From a virus (lineage: Duplodnaviria > Caudoviricetes), in IMG/VR virus record IMGVR_UViG_3300025021_000154, positions 1-64,000 of that record: DNA of 64,000 bases. One strand, written 5' to 3'. Of the stretch, positions 57,154-64,000 are shown piece after piece (the first letter of the stretch is position 1; each line of letters begins with the position of its first letter). A program made the position numbers and the translations under genes. The notes under the pieces are model-generated. The model was given only the letters and a program-made list of their open reading frames with translations, made no database searches and had not been told where the DNA came from.

Positions 57154-60100
57154 ATGAGCATCTCACGCGAGACATTCGACCTGACCAAGAACTACAAGCG
57201 CATCCGCTACCACCAGGACCGCGACCTGCTGGATTCCGAACTCAACGAGCAACAGGATCTCATCAACCAGGAGCGGCGCAAGATCGCCGACATCCTGTTC
57301 AACGAAGGCTCGATCCTGGCCGGGCTGGAAGTGAGCGCGGTCGCCAATGTCCTGACCCTGGCTCCCGGCGTGGTCTACATCGACGGTCATATCGAACAGG
57401 TGAATGGCGCAACGCTGACCTATGACCCGGCCACCACCGGTGGAGCGGAATACGTTTATGTCGAACTGCTGAAATACAGTTACGGTTACACCCAGGACCC
57501 CAGCCTGATCAACCCGGCCACCGGCGAGCCCACCGCCGAACGGGAAAAATGGGTTCTCTCTCTCAAGGCGACGGATACCAGCGGCCAGACGCTGCCTAAT
57601 AACGTCACCGAGCGCCGAGTCATCCCCATCTACAAATTCGACCGCGAGAACGGCGATGTCACCCCGACGGTGCAAGAGAAGTCCAATCTCTACCTGCGGG
57701 ATCTGCTGGGCACACTTCCCGGCAGCCGGATCACGGTTTCTTCAATTACGGAAGACCAGCTCTCCTTCGCCGCCGCCGAGGGGCTCAATTCGCTGATCCA
57801 GAACCTGGCCGAGCGAACCTTCGACCAGGCCGGAAGCTACCTGGTGAAAGGTTTCGACACGTTCATCGGCGGCACCGACGACGATAGCATCGAGGCAATC
57901 ACCAACGCCGGACGCGCCTACATCCAGGGCTTCCGGCATCAACGCGATCTGCCCACCTCGACCCAGGTGCCCAAATCGGTTGCCACCAAATCGGTGCGCG
58001 GCGAGCAGAAGACCTTCGACATCAACAAGCGCCGTTACCCGGTCAACTCCACGCCGCTCAAGGAGACGACCCAGGTGGAAGCTATCGTCGAGATTACCCG
58101 CAACGTCACTCGCGGTTCGGTCGGCGGCGGTGAAGATCTGCTCGATCCCAATCCGGTGGTCGACATTCTCGAGGTCAGCCAAGGGGCGTCCATCTTCCAG
58201 GAGGGGGTGGACTGGCAGCAGTCCGGCAACCATGTGGATTGGCTCGGCTCGGGCAACGAACCGGCCATCGGCACCACCTACACGGTGCGTTGGACCTACA
58301 CCAAGCAGATGCTCAAAGGCACCGATTACGCGGACAGCGGCTGGTTCGGTCAACCCAATCATCCGGCTGCCGGAAACTACTTCTATCTGGTGACCGCCTA
58401 CAACGCCACCGGCGAAACAGCTTTCAACGCCGCTGCGGTCATCGCCCGGGCCACCGTTGCCGGGGAACTCAACAAGCTCTCCTGGCTGCCGGTCAGCGGC
58501 GCGACCGGCTATCGTGTCTACCGGGCCGCCACCAACGGAGCACGCACCGACTACAAGCGCCTGATGGAGCTGGGCAGCGAGGCGATCTCCTACGTCGACG
58601 ACGGCGTCGAGGAAACCACTACCGCTTCGCCTCCGGCCACCAACACGGCCGGGCTCACCATGTCGCCGGTCCAGCTCGAGCTGGGCAACCTCAACGTGAT
58701 CAACTTCGGGCGCGGCAGCCTCGGCGACCAGCCGGTGAACGGCTCCAACTGCAGCCTGGATTACGACTATTACCTTGGCCGCCGCGACATCGTTTACGCC
58801 ACCACCACCGAGATCAAGCGCCTCGAAGGGGCTCCGGCGGATTTTCCGAAGCTGCCCATCGTGCCGGAAAACGCCCTGGGGCTGTGCAGTATCGATTGCC
58901 CGCCCAACTCCACCGACATGGAGATCCGCAACTTCGGCCTGACCCGCATCACCATGGACCAGATCCACGACATCATTCAGGACGTCGAGGACCTGAAGTA
59001 CAACGATGCCCAGTACCAGATGAACAACGAGCTACAGAACCGGGACGCCCAGACCAAGAAAGGCATCTACTCGGACGACTTTTCGAACACCGCTCAGTCG
59101 GACATCTACCACGCCGAATGGGACGCCCGGGTCAACGAGATCGCCCGGTTCGTCGCGCCGGACCGTATTCCGCACTCCACGGTGCTCTCGGTCGATCAGG
59201 CGGGCAGCAACGCGAGCTTCTTCGGCAGCCTGGCACTGTTGCCGGGCAACGAGACCGTGCTGGTGGAGCAGAACGATTGGTCCGAGGAGCGCAACATCAA
59301 CCCTTACGCCGTGTTCGACAAGCCTCCGGCCATGCTGCAGAGTACGCCCAACCTCGGGCGGCGCGGGCAGACCGGCATTGCCGTCACCGGCATCAACTTC
59401 ACCCCAAGCAAATCCGGCATCGTGCTGCGCTGTGACGGCCAGGTAATGGCCAGCAACCTGATCAGCGACGAAGCCGGTCGGGTCAGCGCCTCCTTCACCA
59501 TTCCGACCAACGCCCGCAACGGCAACCGGATCGTGGAGATGAACGACGGCGTTTACTCGGCTCGGACCAGCCTGCAGATCAACGATCCGCTGGTTATCAC
59601 CCGCATCGAGCGCATCATCGAGAACCGCATTATCCGCGTGCCGGTGGTGCAGGTGGTCTGGCGCACCCAGACCATCTTCGTGCCTCGCGATCCACTGGCC
59701 CAGACCTTCAGCTTCACCCAGAACCAGGTGGTCACCAGCGTCGGGCTCAATTTCACCGCCAAAGACCCATCCATTCCGGTCACTGTTCAGATCCGGGGCG
59801 TCACCACCGGTCTGCCCAACGGTGTGGTCTTTGCTGAAAAGGTGCTGGCTCCCAGTGAGATCAGCCTGAGCGGCGAGACCCGGATTCGCTTCAACGACCC
59901 GTTTTATGCCGAAGCCAACAGCAGCTATGCGGTGGTGCTGCTGACCAACAGCACAAACTACAAGGTGCGCACCGCCACCCTTGGCAAGATGGGCCGCTGG
60001 GGCATCATCACCCGGCAGGCCTACATGGAGGGCGTGCTGCTGGAGAGCTCCAACGCCGAGACCTGGACGCCGCTCAACGGCTCCGATTTGGCGATCAAGA

Positions 60101-60702
60101 TCTACGGTTACAACTTCCAGTCCGAGGGGATGATCCGCTTCCAGCCGATTACCAGCGTGCAGTTCTCCGACATCAACCTCGACGAATACTCCGCCATCCC
60201 CCAGAGCACCGCCCTCGATTGGGAATACTCCACCGACGGCGGCGTGACCTGGGATGCCCTGGTTCCCGCCGAGGAGGAACGGCTGCCCAATCTGGCCACT
60301 CGGGTTCAGGTGCGTGTGCGTCTGAACAGCTCGCTTTCCAACGACACCCCGGCCATCAACTTCCGCGACGTCAACCTGGTGGGCTACCTGAACAAGTCCA
60401 CCGGGGCCTACCTGACCCGTGAAAACGAACTGACCCAGGGGGTGGACTCAACCAAGGCCTATGTGCAGATGGGCATCCCCAGCGGCACCACCCTGCAATG
60501 GTTCGCCAGCAACGACGGCGGCCTGACCTGGGAGGCGATGACCATTCAGGACACCCGGCCCATCGACGAGAACTGGACCGAGTACACACTGGTGCGCACC
60601 TTCACCGACAACACCGGCAACAAGGTCCGCTACAAGGCCGAGATGACTGGAACGCCGCTGAGCTACCCGCGCATCCATTCGCTGGGCGCGACCCTGAGCT
60701 AA
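57154..60702 (+). CDS. DUF4815-like tail fibre/baseplate protein
   Basis: LDSELNEQQ, ERTFDQAGSY, GRAYIQGF, DPLAQTFSF; FnIII-like insert. Confidence 0.8.
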   Translation: MSISRETFDLTKNYKRIRYHQDRDLLDSELNEQQDLINQERRKIADILFNEGSILAGLEVSAVANVLTLAPGVVYIDGHIEQVNGATLTYDPATTGGAEYVYVELLKYSYGYTQDPSLINPATGEPTAEREKWVLSLKATDTSGQTLPNNVTERRVIPIYKFDRENGDVTPTVQEKSNLYLRDLLGTLPGSRITVSSITEDQLSFAAAEGLNSLIQNLAERTFDQAGSYLVKGFDTFIGGTDDDSIEAITNAGRAYIQGFRHQRDLPTSTQVPKSVATKSVRGEQKTFDINKRRYPVNSTPLKETTQVEAIVEITRNVTRGSVGGGEDLLDPNPVVDILEVSQGASIFQEGVDWQQSGNHVDWLGSGNEPAIGTTYTVRWTYTKQMLKGTDYADSGWFGQPNHPAAGNYFYLVTAYNATGETAFNAAAVIARATVAGELNKLSWLPVSGATGYRVYRAATNGARTDYKRLMELGSEAISYVDDGVEETTTASPPATNTAGLTMSPVQLELGNLNVINFGRGSLGDQPVNGSNCSLDYDYYLGRRDIVYATTTEIKRLEGAPADFPKLPIVPENALGLCSIDCPPNSTDMEIRNFGLTRITMDQIHDIIQDVEDLKYNDAQYQMNNELQNRDAQTKKGIYSDDFSNTAQSDIYHAEWDARVNEIARFVAPDRIPHSTVLSVDQAGSNASFFGSLALLPGNETVLVEQNDWSEERNINPYAVFDKPPAMLQSTPNLGRRGQTGIAVTGINFTPSKSGIVLRCDGQVMASNLISDEAGRVSASFTIPTNARNGNRIVEMNDGVYSARTSLQINDPLVITRIERIIENRIIRVPVVQVVWRTQTIFVPRDPLAQTFSFTQNQVVTSVGLNFTAKDPSIPVTVQIRGVTTGLPNGVVFAEKVLAPSEISLSGETRIRFNDPFYAEANSSYAVVLLTNSTNYKVRTATLGKMGRWGIITRQAYMEGVLLESSNAETWTPLNGSDLAIKIYGYNFQSEGMIRFQPITSVQFSDINLDEYSAIPQSTALDWEYSTDGGVTWDALVPAEEERLPNLATRVQVRVRLNSSLSNDTPAINFRDVNLVGYLNKSTGAYLTRENELTQGVDSTKAYVQMGIPSGTTLQWFASNDGGLTWEAMTIQDTRPIDENWTEYTLVRTFTDNTGNKVRYKAEMTGTPLSYPRIHSLGATLS

Positions 60703-60714
60703 GGAGGCATGCCC

Positions 60715-60972
60715 ATGATCGTTCGACGCACTGGCGGCATGACCGAATTTATCCCTTCGCCGCAGGAGAAGCGCGATGGCCTGATCCGCGACCATGCCCT
60801 GGGCCTGCTCGAAAATCTGCACCAGCGCCTGGTACGACTGGAGCGGGCCTCGGGTCTGCCGCCCGACGAGGCTAAGGCCTTTACTGCGTTGCTAAGGCGC
60901 ATGAGGGCTGACGAGTCGCGTAATCTGGAACTGCATACCAGCTTGATTACCGGAGAAACCGCCCTCGGCTGA
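60715..60972 (+). CDS. Hypothetical protein
   Basis: AAGGAGG RBS; last gene before the terminator. Confidence 0.6.
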   Translation: MIVRRTGGMTEFIPSPQEKRDGLIRDHALGLLENLHQRLVRLERASGLPPDEAKAFTALLRRMRADESRNLELHTSLITGETALG

Positions 60973-60999
60973 ACCGGTTCAACCGTTTACCACCCCAAC

Positions 61000-61035
61000 A
61001 AAACCCCGGATACGGCAAGCCCTGTCCGGGGTTTT
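61000..61035. terminator. Bidirectional intrinsic terminator of the late operon
   Basis: AAAACCCCGGA-N14-TCCGGGGTTTT. Confidence 0.75.
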
Positions 61036-61118
61036 CCCGTCCTTGCGTCATGAGGACCGGCTCGAATTGCAAGTCATTGAAAATAAACGTGTTAAATGTC
61101 GGCTTCGGCTGTTCTTCT

Positions 61119-61153
61119 ACTTGATTTGTGTCCGGAAAGAAGCATTCATTCAT
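61119..61153 (+). promoter_or_regulatory. Shared sigma70-like motif B, copy 2
   Basis: ACTTGATTT-N10-AGAAGCatTCATT; matches 22831-22866 on the minus strand. Confidence 0.5.
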
Positions 61154-61222
61154 GGTGTAAGCAGAGGCTAAAAAGCCCTGCCAGGCAACGACTTAGAAGC
61201 GCCATGAACGACGGAGGCACGC

Positions 61223-62185
61223 ATGAACCTGAATGAGATCCAGTACGGCATCGAGATCGAGACCGTAAAACGCACCCGGGAACAGATCGCCTGGGCCATC
61301 CACTCGGTGGTGGGCGGCACGGTCCGCCATGTCGGCATCCCGAGCAACTACGACCCCTGGGAGGTCGAGGACCTGCGCGGCCGCGTCTGGAAGGTGGTGG
61401 GGGACGCCTCCCTGACCAGCGTCCCGGCCCATCTGCGAGCAGAGATGGTCAGCCCGGTGCTCGGCTACGACGACATCCCGCAACTGCAGGAGGTGGTCCG
61501 GGCCATCCGCCGCGCCGGGGGCAAGATCAACAGCCAGTGCGGCATCCACATCCATATCGACGCCGCGCCCTTCGACGGCAGGCACCTGGGTAACCTGGCC
61601 AAGATCATTTACAAGCAGGAACCGCTGATCCTCCATGCCCTCGGCATCAGCCGCGACCGCCTCAATCGCTACACCCGGCCGGTCAGCGACGAGCTGATCC
61701 AGCGTATCGAACAGCATCGCCCCCGCACCAAGGATCAGCTCAACCGCATCTGGTACGGCTACCACAACCGCCAGCCCCAGCGCTACGACAACAGCCGCTA
61801 CCACGGGGTCAACCTGCACAACGTCTGGTATCGGGGCACGGTGGAGTTTCGCTGGTTCGAGGCGACCCTCCACGCAGGGCGGATCAAGGCCTACCTGCAG
61901 TTCTGCCTCGCGGTCGCCGCCAAGGCCCTCAACGGCCGGGCCGCCTCCAGCCGCAAGCGGGATTTTGATCCCCAGAGTGCCAAGTATGACTTCAGGGTCT
62001 TCCTGCTCCACCTCGGCCTGATCGGCGACGAGTTCAAGACCGCCCGCAAGCATCTGATGGCCAACATGCCCGGCGATGCCGCCTTCAAGAACGGGCGGCC
62101 CAAACCGGAGGACGGCCTCCCGATTGAGACCGAAACCACCACTCTCACCAACGAGGCCGGGCATGTTCCCGGCCTCACTGTTTAA
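61223..62185 (+). CDS. Amidoligase family (COOH-NH2 ligase) protein
   Basis: YGIEIE, EMVSPVL, CGIHIH, RYHGVNL, GTVEFR. Confidence 0.9.
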   Translation: MNLNEIQYGIEIETVKRTREQIAWAIHSVVGGTVRHVGIPSNYDPWEVEDLRGRVWKVVGDASLTSVPAHLRAEMVSPVLGYDDIPQLQEVVRAIRRAGGKINSQCGIHIHIDAAPFDGRHLGNLAKIIYKQEPLILHALGISRDRLNRYTRPVSDELIQRIEQHRPRTKDQLNRIWYGYHNRQPQRYDNSRYHGVNLHNVWYRGTVEFRWFEATLHAGRIKAYLQFCLAVAAKALNGRAASSRKRDFDPQSAKYDFRVFLLHLGLIGDEFKTARKHLMANMPGDAAFKNGRPKPEDGLPIETETTTLTNEAGHVPGLTV

Positions 62186-62196
62186 GGAGGTGCCCC

Positions 62197-62718
62197 ATGA
62201 AGATTCTGATCCGCTCCACCACGCTGGATGGTGAACCGATCCCCGGCAGCGGGGAAACCCTGCAGGCCGCAGACTGCCTCGAAGTTGTCGAGCTGATGCG
62301 CGGCCAGACGCCGTTTACCGCCAGCCGAGCGCCCCGGGACTACATGACCGAGGTGCTCTCCGGCATAGAAGGCGGGCCGACCCAGCCGTTGCCAAAGGAC
62401 GCCGCCGCTGCGGCCGCCGAGTTTCTCACCCGTCTGGCCCGGCACGGCCTGATCGAGTTTCTGCCCGACGACAAGGCCAGCGATCCCTGGCCGGACCGCT
62501 TCCTCGAAGCCCTGGAGACGGTACGGCTCTCCGGGCGCACCAACATGCTCGACCACCCGGAGGTGACCCGGCTGACCGCCGAGATGGGTTACCCGGAGGT
62601 GGCCGAGTGGCTGGCGGACCACCGGCGTGAATACGCGGCCTTTGTTCTCGAGGGGACGAGGCCGCTCGGCAAGAACTTCGACGGCAAGGAGGACCCGGTT
62701 CCATGTGCGGACAAGTAG
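62197..62718 (+). CDS. DUF5049-like domain protein
   Basis: VRLSGRTNMLD..V..L..EMGY. Confidence 0.65.
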   Translation: MKILIRSTTLDGEPIPGSGETLQAADCLEVVELMRGQTPFTASRAPRDYMTEVLSGIEGGPTQPLPKDAAAAAAEFLTRLARHGLIEFLPDDKASDPWPDRFLEALETVRLSGRTNMLDHPEVTRLTAEMGYPEVAEWLADHRREYAAFVLEGTRPLGKNFDGKEDPVPCADK

Positions 62719-63500
62719 GCGTCATCTTCGGCCGCAAGCGCAGACGGCCCGACGAGCGGGATTACCTGCGCGAGGTCTTTATCCGCATGCTGCTGCACAG
62801 CGAGGAGCGCGGCCCGCATGCCTCCGGTCTGGCCTGGCTCAAGACCGACGGCAGCCACCGGATTTTCAAGCGGCCGATGCGGGCGCACGAGCTGGTGTAC
62901 GAAAAACCGTTCCAGGAGCTGCTCGGGCAGGTCGACAACGAGACCACCATCCTCATGGGCCACACCCGCTGGCGCACCCGGGGCAACGAGTTCAATAACC
63001 GCAACAACCATCCCATCCGGGCCGGGATCGTCATCGGCACCCACAACGGCACCATCTACAACGCCGATTATCTATTCCGCCGCCTTAGGCTGCCGCGCTA
63101 CGCCGAAGTGGACAGCGAGCTGATCTTCCGCCTGGCCGACCGCTTCGCGCCCGAAGGCCCCATCGACCAGAAGGACCTCAAGAAGGCGCTCGCCCTCTGT
63201 CGCGGCCAGATGAGCGCCGTGCTGGCATCAAAGCTCGACCCCGGCACCATCACCGTGCTCAAGGGCAACAAGCCGCTCTGCTTGCGCATCCACCGCCAGC
63301 ACCGGGTGGTGCTCTACGCCTCGGAGGCCGCCTTCATCGACTTTGCCGTGGACAACGAGAAGGGCTGGCGCGAACTGGAGGTGCCGCCCATGACCATGCT
63401 TACCATCCGCCATGAGGATGTGCGGGCCATCAGCAACAGCGAATTCCGCTTTATACCCCAGGAGCGCAAAGGGACACTGCCCGAAGGAGTGAATGCATGA
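62703..63500 (+). CDS. Class II (Ntn) glutamine amidotransferase
   Basis: N-terminal MCG, RG..ASG, GHTRW.T, NNHP, HNGTI.N, VDSE. Confidence 0.92.
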   Translation: MCGQVGVIFGRKRRRPDERDYLREVFIRMLLHSEERGPHASGLAWLKTDGSHRIFKRPMRAHELVYEKPFQELLGQVDNETTILMGHTRWRTRGNEFNNRNNHPIRAGIVIGTHNGTIYNADYLFRRLRLPRYAEVDSELIFRLADRFAPEGPIDQKDLKKALALCRGQMSAVLASKLDPGTITVLKGNKPLCLRIHRQHRVVLYASEAAFIDFAVDNEKGWRELEVPPMTMLTIRHEDVRAISNSEFRFIPQERKGTLPEGVNA

Positions 63501-64000
63501 ACATTGGAGACACCGTAAAGCTGAACACAAACCCGGAGGACAGTCCCGAGACCAACCTCCGGCTCTTCGTCTACGGCACCCTGAAGCGGGGCTACTGGAA
63601 CCATCAACGTTTCTGCGCCCAGGTCCGCAGTATCGAACCGGCCGTGGTCTGGGGCAGGCTCTACGACCTCCATGCCGGGTTCCCGGCGCTTGAGGTGCCG
63701 GAAGGTCTGATCTTGGCCCGGGGCACCGCCGATCCGCTGGCCGACGCCCGCAGGCAACAAGAGATCGGCACACCACGCTTCGGCCGACCCACCGGCGATT
63801 GGGATCTGATCCATGGGGAACTGGTGACCTTCACCGACCCGCAGCGCGACCTGCCGCCCATCGACCGGCTGGAAGGATTCCGGCCCGACGGGCAAAGCAT
63901 GTACCAGCGGGTGATGGTGGCGGTGCTGAGCGGGCGCACCTCGATTACGGCTTGGACCTACCGGATGCCGCGCATCGACACAGGGAGCAGGCTCGGATCA
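63497..64000 (+). CDS. Gamma-glutamylcyclotransferase family protein (partial, runs off the window)
   Basis: My translation from ATG 63497: LFVYGTLKRG, IHGELV, IDRLEGF; no stop before 64000. Confidence 0.88.
   Translation, partial: MNIGDTVKLNTNPEDSPETNLRLFVYGTLKRGYWNHQRFCAQVRSIEPAVVWGRLYDLHAGFPALEVPEGLILARGTADPLADARRQQEIGTPRFGRPTGDWDLIHGELVTFTDPQRDLPPIDRLEGFRPDGQSMYQRVMVAVLSGRTSITAWTYRMPRIDTGSRLGS

Larger units (their letters stand above)
15..64000. mobile_element. Integrated temperate myovirus-type prophage, truncated at the right edge
   Basis: Integrase, replication, terminase, portal, capsid, sheath, tube, tape measure and baseplate genes in canonical order. Confidence 0.93.

Noticed and set aside
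37908-60702. Tailocin or eCIS rather than phage
   Set aside because: Terminase, portal, protease and capsid genes are all present and intact
53943-60972. Invertible tail-fibre shufflon or diversity-generating retroelement
   Set aside because: No inverted fibre cassettes, reverse transcriptase or TR/VR pair seen by eye in this window
57-64000. Many long antisense or alternative-frame ORFs (e.g. 1245..2516+, 23088..24620-, 26664..28160-, 45025..46428-)
   Set aside because: They shadow well-supported genes; expected from GC-rich codon bias; no RBS or family motifs
1-64000. Host taxonomic assignment
   Set aside because: Gene content hints at a GC-rich anaerobe (possibly Desulfobacterota-like), but no host marker gene is in the window

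Overview
Nearly the whole window is one integrated temperate myovirus-type prophage that continues past the right edge. It starts just after what looks like the 3' end of ssrA (tmRNA) at nt 1-14. Left to right: a leftward integration module (large serine recombinase, DUF2924, small partners); a host-sigma70-driven operon of a LexA-type DNA-binding mini-repressor, a QatB-like protein and a QatC/QueC-family enzyme with an extra C-terminal domain; a phage sigma factor; recombination/replication genes (Cas4-like exonuclease, Sak4-like ATPase, DUF669, ERCC4 nuclease, RecD2, primase-helicase); an RloA/RloB cassette; an iteron-rich candidate origin; terS and terL separated by an inverted tyrosine-recombinase cassette; portal; a ~1520-aa MuF protein with kinase-like and possibly ART-like domains; a DNA adenine methyltransferase fused to the prohead protease/scaffold; capsid, neck, contractile tail and baseplate genes; and an amidoligase/glutamine amidotransferase/GGCT module. 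A bipartite motif, CCG(A/T)C-N14-(T/G)CCGGTA(A/T)GTAA, occurs 10 times, nine of them just upstream of gene blocks, and is probably the phage-sigma promoter. All protein calls come from motif recognition by eye; no database searches were run.
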